From assembly GCA_020848835.1 (NCBI GenBank), contig JADLHJ010000061.1:29456-93455 (forward strand): a stretch of DNA of 64,000 bases, given 5' to 3'. Under the pieces are notes generated by a model. The model ran no database searches, had not been told where the DNA came from, and saw only the letters and a program-made list of their open reading frames with translations. A program made the position numbers and the translations under genes. This document shows, piece after piece, positions 1 to 9,178 of this stretch. Each line of letters begins with the position of its first letter. Position 1 is the stretch's first letter. The DNA comes from Candidatus Hydrogenedentota bacterium. GTDB taxonomy: Bacteria > Hydrogenedentota > Hydrogenedentia > Hydrogenedentales > SLHB01.

Positions 1-2
1 AT

Positions 3-3000
3 ACGTCCGATAAATTGACTTCAAGTCGGGACGGCTTTGCAGAGCTTCGCTCGACCTACGACGACAGAGGCTTCCTTGCTGGGGAATCGTTTTTTGATGC
101 GCACGGCAACCCCGTCTACGCGCCCGCCGGTTATCATCGGGTGCAATATGTTCGCGACGGCACCGGATTCGCGACCCGGACGGAATACTTCGGCGCGGAC
201 GGCAACCCCACGTTTGCCCGCGACGGTTTCGCGCGTAGCGAGGTGGTGCTGAGCGAGGATGGCCGCACCTTTGAAGCCTCCTACTTCGGTACGGATGGCT
301 CGCCAGTTTTGTCCGCGAATGGATGGGCGCGTATGACCGTGACTTTGGACGCGCGCGGAAAAATGATCGAAATGCGCGGCATGGACGCTGGTGGCAATCT
401 GCAATCCGGCGTGGACGGATACGCCGCCATTCGCTACGAATATGATGAGCGCGAAAATCTTGTCTCCACCGCCTGGCTCGGCGATGACGGAAAACCGGTC
501 GATACTCCGCGCACGGGTGCCGCTCGCAATCAGTTCAAATATGACGAGAGAGGCAACCTTGTCGAAACTGCGGCGTTCAACGCGGAAAATAAACTTTCTC
601 CGGGGGCAGATGGCATTGCGATGATTCGAAAAGAGTTTGACGATTCCGGTTTCGAAACTCGCACTGCGTACTTCGACGACAACAACCAGCCAGTCCTGTC
701 GCGCGACGGTTTTGCGGCAATCAACTACGAATACGATAGCTTTGGGTATCGTTCCCGCGAATCATATTCGGGTGTCGATGGGAAGCCGGCGCTGTCCAAG
801 CATGGCTACGCAAGCGTTACCATGAAGAACGATGCGCGCGGGAATCTCCTCTCCATCGCGCAGTTTGGAGTGGACGGAAAACCTGCACTGGATGAACAAG
901 GCGCGGCGGAAACCCGATGGACCTTGAACGAACGCGGGCTAACGCTGGAAATCGCCAACTTTGGCACTGACGGAAAGCCAACGGTCATCAAGGACCAATA
1001 TTCCAGGCAGGTTCGCGTCTTGGATGATCGGGGATGGATTACTTCGATTTCGTATTTCGGCAGCGATGGCGCGCCCATGTTGAACAAGGATGCTGTCGCG
1101 CGCATCGACTACGCGTATGACGAAAGGGGCAATACCGCCCGCGAGTCGCATTTCGACACAGAAGGAAGACCGGCGATTTCAGTCAAAGGGTATTCGTCGT
1201 TAGTCCGGATTTTTGATGACAGGGATCGAATCACCTCGCAAACGTTTCTAGACGCGGAAAGCAAGCCGACGCTTTCGGTGGATGGTTACGCGCGCGCGAC
1301 TTCAAAATACGATGACCGAGGCAATCTTGTTGAAGAAGCATATTTCGATGCCAATGGCGCCGCGACATGGACAGCCGACGGCTTTTCTCGTATCAAATAT
1401 GTGTACGATTCCCGAAGCAATCGAACAGAAACCAGCTACCTGGGAACGGATGATAAACCTTCCTATTGCATTGACGGTTACTGCATCGCGCGATTTGATC
1501 ACGACGCATACGGTCGCATAGTTCATGAGGCTTATCTCGGACCGGAGGGCGAACCTGCTGTCCATCGTTCCGGCTATGCATCGCTGACACGCGTATTCAA
1601 CAAGCGGGGCAGAATCGAGCGCGAAGAGTTCTTCGGCGTTGACGCGAAACCCACCCTGTGCGCGGAGGGCTATTTTCGTTTCGTGCGCGAGTACGACGCG
1701 CTCGGGAACGAAACACGCAGCCAGGCGTATGGTACCGACGAAAAGCCAATCGTCACCGTTAAGGGGTACGCCACCATGCGGCAGAGCTACGATGAGCGCG
1801 GCTATCCTGTTTCCCTCGCCTTTTTTGACGCGGAAGACCAACCCTCCGTCGACGTCAACGGCATTTCGCAGATTATGTTTGTGAACGACGCGCTCGGCCG
1901 CGTGGTCGATGAGTCGTATCTCGGAACGAGCGGCGAACCCACCGTGAGCACAAAAGGCATTTCACGGCGAACGCTGCGATTCGATGCGCGCGGGCGAATA
2001 ACCGAAGAATCGAATTTCGGCCTCGACGGGCTTCCAATCATGGTTCGAGACGGCGCTGCAATCACGCGCTATACCTATGACGAAGCCGCGCTCACAACGG
2101 TCTGCGAATTCTTCGGTCCATCCAACCAGCCCGTGCGTTTACCCAGCGGTGCATCGCGTGTGTTTCGGCGCTTCGGCGTTCGTGGCGAGTTGCGGGAAGA
2201 ACAATTCTTCGGTCCGAACGGCCAACCTGTAATTGCGGAAGATGGCTACGCCCATCTCATTCGGGAATATGACGCGCGCGGAAACGTTACGCGCGAACTG
2301 TTTCTCGACGCCACCGATAGACCATACGCAGCAAGAGGGTATTCTGCGGTGGTAAACGAATATGACGAACAGAACAACGCCGTGCTGACTGCTTTTCTCG
2401 GGCCCCGAGGCGAACTTGCGCCTGATGAAACCGGGGCCGCTTTAATCAAGCGCAGGTTCGATGGGCGGAGATTTGTGATAGAGGAATCCTACTTCGATAT
2501 GCGCGAGCAACCGGTAATCACGCGCGATGGCTTTGCGCGGCGGACTCTGGAATACAATCCGCAAGGCTACCAAGTTCGCGAGAGTTTCTTCGGGCCCGAA
2601 GGCGCGCCATTTCTTGCCGGCTCTACGTACGTCACCATAGTCACCGCGCCGGATCTCAATGGATTCCCTCGTGAAGAGTCGTTCCTCGATGCAAGCGGAA
2701 ACCTCGTAGAAAACGCAGCAGGCTTTGCGCGATATACCAAACGGCCCAACGCGCGCGGACAAAACGTTGAATCCGTTTATTACGATAGATACGGAAACCG
2801 TGCTATCACCTCGGAAGGGTTTTCGCGACTCACCGCCGAGTACAACGCGCAAGGCCGCGAAATCGCGCGTGCCTACTGGGGTGTAAACGACGAACCGGTC
2901 GCGCGCGGCGGTTTGTTTGCAAAATGGGCAGCGACCTATGACCCGTACGGAAACTGCACCGGGGAAGCCTTCTACGATATATACGACGCGCTAATCCCTG

Positions 3001-3353
3001 GTCCAAACGGTTTTTCAAAAATTACGCGGACATACGACGAGCAGCACAGGCTCACGGAAGAGATCTACTACGACCCCTCCGGCGCACCGTCGATTTATCC
3101 GTTTGGCTTTGCCCGCATCGTCTGGACCTATGACGACATCGGTAATCTCGTCCGCATCGAATATTCGGACACCGAGGGCAATCCTCAAAACAACGCCAAT
3201 GGCGTGGCCCGCGTCGAAATTACATACGACGAACACGGGCGTGCGCTGCAAACCAGCGAATTCGATGCAACCGGCAAACCGGTGTACGTCACGCCGGATA
3301 CTAATAACAAAAACGGCACCGCTGTCCAAACATCAGCAGAAGTCGGCCCTTAA
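3..3353 (+). CDS. Giant tandem-repeat protein (5'-truncated at window edge). About 29 copies of a ~38-aa unit: DG[FY]A-x5-YDxRGN-x6-[YF]FGxDGKP (YD/RHS- or WG-like beta-hairpin repeats).
   Basis: ORF track 15..3353 starts with TTG and no RBS. The frame is open back to nt 3 and the first residues are already mid-repeat, so the gene begins upstream of the window. Strict ~38-aa periodicity was read directly from the translation, with conserved YD-RGN and FG-DG-P positions. Confidence 0.8.
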   Translation, partial: TSDKLTSSRDGFAELRSTYDDRGFLAGESFFDAHGNPVYAPAGYHRVQYVRDGTGFATRTEYFGADGNPTFARDGFARSEVVLSEDGRTFEASYFGTDGSPVLSANGWARMTVTLDARGKMIEMRGMDAGGNLQSGVDGYAAIRYEYDERENLVSTAWLGDDGKPVDTPRTGAARNQFKYDERGNLVETAAFNAENKLSPGADGIAMIRKEFDDSGFETRTAYFDDNNQPVLSRDGFAAINYEYDSFGYRSRESYSGVDGKPALSKHGYASVTMKNDARGNLLSIAQFGVDGKPALDEQGAAETRWTLNERGLTLEIANFGTDGKPTVIKDQYSRQVRVLDDRGWITSISYFGSDGAPMLNKDAVARIDYAYDERGNTARESHFDTEGRPAISVKGYSSLVRIFDDRDRITSQTFLDAESKPTLSVDGYARATSKYDDRGNLVEEAYFDANGAATWTADGFSRIKYVYDSRSNRTETSYLGTDDKPSYCIDGYCIARFDHDAYGRIVHEAYLGPEGEPAVHRSGYASLTRVFNKRGRIEREEFFGVDAKPTLCAEGYFRFVREYDALGNETRSQAYGTDEKPIVTVKGYATMRQSYDERGYPVSLAFFDAEDQPSVDVNGISQIMFVNDALGRVVDESYLGTSGEPTVSTKGISRRTLRFDARGRITEESNFGLDGLPIMVRDGAAITRYTYDEAALTTVCEFFGPSNQPVRLPSGASRVFRRFGVRGELREEQFFGPNGQPVIAEDGYAHLIREYDARGNVTRELFLDATDRPYAARGYSAVVNEYDEQNNAVLTAFLGPRGELAPDETGAALIKRRFDGRRFVIEESYFDMREQPVITRDGFARRTLEYNPQGYQVRESFFGPEGAPFLAGSTYVTIVTAPDLNGFPREESFLDASGNLVENAAGFARYTKRPNARGQNVESVYYDRYGNRAITSEGFSRLTAEYNAQGREIARAYWGVNDEPVARGGLFAKWAATYDPYGNCTGEAFYDIYDALIPGPNGFSKITRTYDEQHRLTEEIYYDPSGAPSIYPFGFARIVWTYDDIGNLVRIEYSDTEGNPQNNANGVARVEITYDEHGRALQTSEFDATGKPVYVTPDTNNKNGTAVQTSAEVGP

Positions 3354-3533
3354 CCATTGTTTGCGCCTCTTTCCATTCGACTGGAATTAAGTAAATAGGT
3401 ACGCCTTGAAAATGAAACTTGCTGTTGCAGATAAATCTGTGGTTAAATGTGTTCGGGCTTATCTCTCGGAGCGGGTGAGAATAGCGTCGGCAATTTTTGC
3501 CAGCGCTAACGCGTACCAGCTCGGGAGAGAAGG

Positions 3534-6500
3534 ATGAGCGAACAAGACACCAGTCTTTTGTTTGGGGTTTTCGCGGTTCAGTTCAAGAAGATTACACCGC
3601 AACAACTCCACGAAGTCGCAGCCCTCTGGCAAAAAGAACCCTCCCGCCAATTGTCTCGAATGCTGGTTGAGGCCGGCTACCTATCCGAAGATGACTACAA
3701 CTTTGTCTGCGGCTTAGTCGAAGACGCGCGGCGCGCGCATAAAGGCGACGCGGCCGCAGCCCTGCAGACGTTTGGCGGGCAGCGAACAATCGACGAGACC
3801 TACCGCGGCAGCGTCACCTTAAGCCACGACCAGATTAATACTGTTCCAATGCCGGAAGGCGCCATTCCCGGGATTCCTCTGGATACCGTAGAAGCCGTGG
3901 ACGAAACACCCGGCCGGTATACGAACCAGAGTGAGTACGCTCGAGGCGGCATCGGACGAGTCCTCCTGGTACACGATCAACATCTGGGTCGTGAAATTGC
4001 TATGAAAGAACTGCTGCCCTTCACCGACTATGCCGATGAGTCCATGCGGCTTGAAAAATCGCCGGTCCGGCAAAGCATGGACCTCGTGGTGCGATTCCTG
4101 CAAGAGGCGCGGGTCACCGGGCAGCTCGAACATCCAGCGATAGTGCCGGTTTACGAACTCGGCCGCCGGCGCGACGGAACGCTCTACTACACAATGAAGC
4201 TCGTGCGCGGGCGCACGCTAGGCGCCGCCATACGCGAAGCAGGCACACTTCCGGATCGATTGGCGCTCCTTTCACACTTTGTGGATTTGTGCCAGGCCAT
4301 CGCCTACTCCCACAGCCGCCGCGTAATCCACCGAGACATCAAACCCAGCAACGTCATGGTGGGAAGATTCGGCGAAACGGTAGTGCTCGATTGGGGCCTC
4401 GCAAAAGTAAAGGACAAAAAAGACGAGGCGGCAGCACAGATAGAGGAGACCCTGAAAACGCTCCGCCTACCGCCAGCCGCAAAAGGACATGAAACGCACG
4501 CCGGCCAGGTACTCGGCACGCCGACGTACATGCCCCCAGAACAGGCCGCCGGACAAATAGACCGCATCGACGAGCGCTCGGACATCTATTCGCTTGGCGC
4601 GGTTCTCTATACCCTGCTCACCGGAAAATACCCCTACGACGGGGAAAACGTGAGCGAGATTCTCAATCGCGTACTGGTTGGACCGCCAAAGCCCGTGCTG
4701 GAAGTCGAACCAAACGCGCCACCAGAGTTGGCTGCCATTTGCGAACGCGCCATGCAACGCGAAGCGGACAAACGCTACAAAAACGCCAAAGACCTGGCCG
4801 ACGAAGTGGTTCGCTTCCAAACCGGCGCCTTGGTCCTCGCGCACAGCTACAAATTCAGCGACCATCTCAAACGCTTCGTCCAACGCCACAAACCCGCGCT
4901 CGCCACCGCCGCCCTTTTCACCATCGCGCTAGCCGCCTTCGCCGTCTACTCCTACGTCCGAGTCACCCACGAACGCAACGATGCAATCGTGGCCCGCAAC
5001 GACGAAGCCGAACAACGCAAAATCGCCGAGGAAGCCAAGGTCGCAGAAACCGAACAACGCAATAAAGCGGAGTCAAGGCTTTACTCGTCACAAATTGGCC
5101 TCGCGCAAAGTCAAATCGATGCCAGGCGATTTGATCTCGCGCAGAATGCGCTCGACAGTGCTCCAGAGGGGTTCCGAGGTTGGGAATGGCATTATCTTAA
5201 TGGTTTGTGCAATCAGGACGTCTTTACCTTTGCTAAGCACAAACGTACGGTGAGCAAGCTTGAGGTTAGCCCGGACGGAACGCTGATTGCATCGGGTGAC
5301 GAGGGTGGTGTCGTGTGTATTACTTCCGCATCGACGGGTGAACTGATCCGCGAATTCCCGCCTCTTGACGGAGCCGTTTCCGCGCTTGATTTCGATAGCA
5401 AAGGTACCAGACTCTTAGCCGCTAATCGAGGCGGCGAAATGCGAACCCCCGATGGGAGTGTAATCGTCTGGGACGTCGCGACCGGCCAGCAGACTGTAAC
5501 GATTACCGCTCAAGGCGGCACTTTGTGGGACCCGAGATTCTCTCCCGATGACAAGCTAATTGCAAGTTCAGTAACTAGCCTAGGCGTCCAATTATGGAAC
5601 GCCGCCGACGGAGCGCTGCTACACACATTCAAGTGTGTACCAGCAAATGAAGGTGGTTTGGCGTTTCACCCTTCTGGAAAGCAACTTGCTGCTTGTGTAG
5701 GTACAGATAAATTTGAAGTTAAAGTTTGGGATGTTTTACTGCGCGGCGAGGTTGCTTCGTTGGAAGCACAACCAGATCCAAATACTCAGCTACGATACAG
5801 CCCGGATGGACGCTCGCTGTTATCATGGCGTTCGACCGGTGGCATCGTGCTGTGGAACGAAAGCTACGTCCAGCCTGCGAGACAATTGTTGCCGCCTGAC
5901 GTGAAAGTCCTTTCGTTACAATTCTCGAACGATTCTAGCCGGATGTGTGCAGGTTTGAAAGATGGCTCTGCACAAATCCTCGATGTTGCAACTGGTAACG
6001 TCCTCACTACCCTCTCCGGCCATACCAAAGCGATTGATGATATTCAGTTTTCTTCGGATAACTTGCTCGTTGCTACTGGCTCCGGCGATGGTGCTATCGG
6101 ACTCTGGGACGCGGTGGCAGGAAAACAACTGCATGTGTATGTTGGGCATTCAGCTGAAGCCAGCAAGATACGTTTTACAAAGAATGATGCACTGCTCATT
6201 TCTTGCTCCAGTGACACCACAGTCAAAGCATGGCAAGTCAAGCAGGTACCGGTTCCGCAAAAAATTGTATTGCGAGGACATACAGGTGGCATCAGCCGAA
6301 TAGCGTTTAGCCCAGATGGGGAACGGGTTTTGACCGTTGGGCAAGCCCGCCCACCTTATGAAGAGGATAATACGGTTCGTATATGGAATTGTCGCAACGG
6401 GGTTCAACTTCATGAATTGGTTAGTGCAAACCTCATGATCCATGGTGCCACATGGAGTCCCGACGGTAATTATATCGTGACGAACGCCAGTAAGTCGGTC

Positions 6501-7280
6501 GTGGTATGGGACGCAAATACCGGTCAGCAACGTCACGAATTGGCGGGGCACAAGGGGCCCGTACATAAGGCTTTATTTAGTCCCGACGGAAAGACGATTC
6601 TTACAGTATCGGGCGATAAGACGGCAATTCTATGGCGCGTGAGCGATGGTTCCATAATCCACACGCTGGCCGGCCACCTGGCGCGGGTTGAGGGCGGCGC
6701 TTTCAGCCCTAACGGGAAGTTGATCGCGACCAACTCCGTCGACCGTTCAATCCGTGTTTGGGATACGGAAACCGGCAATGCAGTTGCTGTTCTTCAGGGT
6801 CACCAGGCGCCAATAAACGCAGTCATGTTCATGAACGACGGTAATCGTTTGATAAGCGCAGCGGGCGATGACACACTAATACTGTGGGATGTGGGCGAGG
6901 GGAAAGCTATTCGCGTCTTCCACGGACATTCCGGAATCGTCTTCGATGCAGCGATAAACGTCGATGAACGAGTGCTCGTGTCAGTCGCAACAGACGCAAC
7001 GCTACGGTTGTGGGATATCGAGTCCGGTAATCAGATTGCACAAGGCGATGGGCATTCGTTGGACGTGTTAAGTGTGGCTTTCAGTCCGGACGGTAGTAGA
7101 ATAGTCTCTACTGGAGATGACCGTACTGTGCGAATTTGGGACGCGAAAGATGCCAGAGAAGTAGCTGTATTTCGCGAACATAGCGATGTCGTTACAGATG
7201 CGGTCTTCAGTCCGGACGGATCAACTATCGCAACCTGCGGTGAGGATGGTATAGCGATCTTGCATAAACTTCCCAAATGA
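3534..7280 (+). CDS. Membrane Ser/Thr protein kinase: N-terminal GspE-N/MshEN-like helical domain, Hanks kinase domain, one TM helix, coiled coil, then about 14-16 C-terminal WD40 repeats.
   Basis: Kinase motifs HRDIKPSN, DWGLAK and GTPTYMPPE. TM segment ALATAALFTIALAAFAVYSYV. Repeated ...GH...V..V.FSPDG..L..S.D.T..(V/L)WD... units across the C-terminal half. RBS GGAGAGAAGG upstream of the ATG. Confidence 0.9.
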   Translation: MSEQDTSLLFGVFAVQFKKITPQQLHEVAALWQKEPSRQLSRMLVEAGYLSEDDYNFVCGLVEDARRAHKGDAAAALQTFGGQRTIDETYRGSVTLSHDQINTVPMPEGAIPGIPLDTVEAVDETPGRYTNQSEYARGGIGRVLLVHDQHLGREIAMKELLPFTDYADESMRLEKSPVRQSMDLVVRFLQEARVTGQLEHPAIVPVYELGRRRDGTLYYTMKLVRGRTLGAAIREAGTLPDRLALLSHFVDLCQAIAYSHSRRVIHRDIKPSNVMVGRFGETVVLDWGLAKVKDKKDEAAAQIEETLKTLRLPPAAKGHETHAGQVLGTPTYMPPEQAAGQIDRIDERSDIYSLGAVLYTLLTGKYPYDGENVSEILNRVLVGPPKPVLEVEPNAPPELAAICERAMQREADKRYKNAKDLADEVVRFQTGALVLAHSYKFSDHLKRFVQRHKPALATAALFTIALAAFAVYSYVRVTHERNDAIVARNDEAEQRKIAEEAKVAETEQRNKAESRLYSSQIGLAQSQIDARRFDLAQNALDSAPEGFRGWEWHYLNGLCNQDVFTFAKHKRTVSKLEVSPDGTLIASGDEGGVVCITSASTGELIREFPPLDGAVSALDFDSKGTRLLAANRGGEMRTPDGSVIVWDVATGQQTVTITAQGGTLWDPRFSPDDKLIASSVTSLGVQLWNAADGALLHTFKCVPANEGGLAFHPSGKQLAACVGTDKFEVKVWDVLLRGEVASLEAQPDPNTQLRYSPDGRSLLSWRSTGGIVLWNESYVQPARQLLPPDVKVLSLQFSNDSSRMCAGLKDGSAQILDVATGNVLTTLSGHTKAIDDIQFSSDNLLVATGSGDGAIGLWDAVAGKQLHVYVGHSAEASKIRFTKNDALLISCSSDTTVKAWQVKQVPVPQKIVLRGHTGGISRIAFSPDGERVLTVGQARPPYEEDNTVRIWNCRNGVQLHELVSANLMIHGATWSPDGNYIVTNASKSVVVWDANTGQQRHELAGHKGPVHKALFSPDGKTILTVSGDKTAILWRVSDGSIIHTLAGHLARVEGGAFSPNGKLIATNSVDRSIRVWDTETGNAVAVLQGHQAPINAVMFMNDGNRLISAAGDDTLILWDVGEGKAIRVFHGHSGIVFDAAINVDERVLVSVATDATLRLWDIESGNQIAQGDGHSLDVLSVAFSPDGSRIVSTGDDRTVRIWDAKDAREVAVFREHSDVVTDAVFSPDGSTIATCGEDGIAILHKLPK

Positions 7281-7349
7281 TAGGCTGCAAAACTCCCGCC
7301 AGCAGAATTGGGGATCGAGAATGTGTGACGAAACAAAGGAGGTAGGACC

Positions 7350-7661
7350 ATGGCGACCACGTGTACAGTAACCCTGCGAACCCAAAGTGCGAAGTACAAC
7401 CCACCGGTGAGTGGAAGGCCAACACCGCCAACTTTGGCAGACCTAAACGATGTTGTTGTTTTTGTTTACGGAAGGGAGTGCTTAATGATGAAAGGGGGGC
7501 CGACGTTTACTTTTGATTTGCGGCCAGGACAGTACGAATTGTTTGTTAAAGACCGGTCAACAGCTAACGACGATCCGCATATTAAGAAGTTGCTCCGAAT
7601 CACTGGATTTGAACCTGGTAATGCTATCAACATGCAAATATCAGTTTCGTGGCTTTCTTAA
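7350..7661 (+). CDS. Small signal-less hypothetical beta-rich protein (module A, partner 1); paralog of 8197..8487.
   Basis: RBS AAGGAGG 7 nt upstream of the ATG. Shares L(A/T)DL(N/D)(D/N)VVV..(Y/V)G.E....K.GGPT.TF.L.(P/R)G..E.FVKD...I.G.E.G...I.V with the downstream paralog. C-terminal ...PGQYELFVKD resembles the CarboxypepD_reg/transthyretin-like beta-sandwich ending. Confidence 0.65.
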   Translation: MATTCTVTLRTQSAKYNPPVSGRPTPPTLADLNDVVVFVYGRECLMMKGGPTFTFDLRPGQYELFVKDRSTANDDPHIKKLLRITGFEPGNAINMQISVSWLS

Positions 7662-7685
7662 TTATAGTTTTACTAGGAGAGGATA

Positions 7686-8084
7686 ATGAATAGTACACGA
7701 CGAGCATTTCTGCAATCTGCGCGTACGATCGCTGTAGCGGGAGCGGCCATTTCGGCGCAAGGCATAGCGGAAGAAAATGATCTAAAACATTCATTTATTG
7801 GGCCTTGTTGGTCTCCCCCTAATGACGATCTGACCATTCATGTCTACGACCAAATCTCTGGAGCATATATTGGAGATGCTTTAGTGCGTCTTGTACCTAG
7901 ATTTAACGGAACGGAATTAGAAAAGTACACAGGTGCCATGACGGGCAATGCTGTTTTCAGTTCCGGCCAAGACGGACGTTATGATGTTGAAATATCCCAT
8001 CCGAGCTATCCGTCTGGCGGCTTCCTGGGGAACAAAAACTTTACCTCAGCAACACTGCCGCAGACCGTACATTGTCCGCTCTAA
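7686..8084 (+). CDS. Tat-signal small secreted protein with carboxypeptidase-regulatory-like (CarboxypepD_reg/Cna-B-like) domain (module A, partner 2); paralog of 8544..8963.
   Basis: RBS AGGAGAGG upstream. Canonical twin-arginine motif TRRAFLQSA followed by an Ala-rich h-region. Core IHVYDQISGAYIGDALVRLVPRFNG...GQDGRYDVEISHPSYP matches the CarboxypepD_reg-like pattern. Confidence 0.7.
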   Translation: MNSTRRAFLQSARTIAVAGAAISAQGIAEENDLKHSFIGPCWSPPNDDLTIHVYDQISGAYIGDALVRLVPRFNGTELEKYTGAMTGNAVFSSGQDGRYDVEISHPSYPSGGFLGNKNFTSATLPQTVHCPL

Positions 8085-8196
8085 TATTAAGAGCCAGTGT
8101 TAATGTATTTGATACGCGATTTTCGTAAGAATTATACGGGAATTAGTGTTAGCGACTTATGGGAAAATTTCTTTTAAGGCAATGGAGGAAGAATTA

Positions 8197-8487
8197 ATGG
8201 GAAGTCACAGAAGGATTGACGTGGTTGTAAATACAAAGCGACTAACAGGGGCCGGTTCCACCGAAGACAATTGGACAGACCTGGACAATGTTGTCGTGTG
8301 TATAGTGGGAAAGGAGCCAATTATTAAAACAGGCGGGCCGACCTTAACATTCAGATTACCTCGTGGTCCGCATGAAATCTTCGTGAAAGATCTAACAGCG
8401 GGGCCCCGTGATATTTGTAAGCGTCATATTAATATTTCCGGCAGCGAACAGGGGGGGGCACTAAGTTTGACGATCGCTGTACCGTAA
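8197..8487 (+). CDS. Small signal-less hypothetical beta-rich protein (module B, partner 1); paralog of 7350..7661.
   Basis: ATG at 8197 with GGAGGA 7 nt upstream, the same spacing as the paralog. The ORF-track start at 8146 is probably an upstream in-frame Met. Conserved LDNVVVCIVGKE...KTGGPTLTFRLPRGPHEIFVKD. Confidence 0.6.
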   Translation: MGSHRRIDVVVNTKRLTGAGSTEDNWTDLDNVVVCIVGKEPIIKTGGPTLTFRLPRGPHEIFVKDLTAGPRDICKRHINISGSEQGGALSLTIAVP

Positions 8488-8543
8488 CGTTTCGCCGGAT
8501 TACTCTGCTTGATAAGCTTTTCATTTAAAATAGGATTTAAATA

Positions 8544-8963
8544 ATGCACAAAACACGCCGAGCCTTTTTAAAATCCGCGGGTGTCGTTGCAACGGGAACA
8601 GCGCTGGCTACACCCGATGCTGAAGCGGAAGCAAATGACAAGGCAGAAGATAAGGCAGCAGCAGTTGAAACTGCACCTGGGCCTGTTGATCCAGAGTTCT
8701 CGAACTTTGTAGTGCACGTGTACAATCAATCTTCTGGCGCCCATATACAAGACGCCATAGTGCATCTCGAACCTAGATTTAACGGGGTGGGGTATGACCA
8801 ACAAACGGGATCCAATGGTCAAGCAGCTTTCGGATCTGGCGATAACGGGCGCTATGATATAGAAGTTTCTCATCAGGACTACTATCCCGATTATGTGTTG
8901 AATAAATTGTTAAACGGCACTACAACACCAACGACGCTTGAGTTTCCACTTCAGCATTTATAG
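8544..8963 (+). CDS. Tat-signal small secreted protein with carboxypeptidase-regulatory-like domain (module B, partner 2).
   Basis: TRRAFLKSAGVVATGTALA Tat signal. VHVYNQSSGAHIQDAIVHLEPRFNG...GDNGRYDIEVSHQDYYP is paralogous to 7686..8084. Confidence 0.7.
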   Translation: MHKTRRAFLKSAGVVATGTALATPDAEAEANDKAEDKAAAVETAPGPVDPEFSNFVVHVYNQSSGAHIQDAIVHLEPRFNGVGYDQQTGSNGQAAFGSGDNGRYDIEVSHQDYYPDYVLNKLLNGTTTPTTLEFPLQHL

Positions 8964-9178
8964 TGCCACTGAAAATAGTATGGGCTGGACGTATACGGTA
9001 TTTCAGTGCAGTCGGCAGTGTCGTCGTGTGTTTGTTCGTTTGCTCTAACAGGGGAATTCTGCTCCCACGTCAACTGGCATTTCCGGCTCCCATTGACTAC
9101 CATGACGAAACATCCGTTTATGCATGATGCAACGGATTTCAGAACGGACGTACCACCTCGGATTGGGAGCGAAAATTC

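Noticed and set aside
8146-8196. Upstream extension of the 8146..8487 ORF
   Set aside because: The paralog alignment and the identical GGAGGA-7nt-ATG spacing support 8197 as the real start.
8967-9008. Hairpin CACTGAAA...TTTCAGTG after the 8544..8963 gene
   Set aside because: 8-bp stem with a 24-nt loop and no T-tract; too weak to call a terminator.
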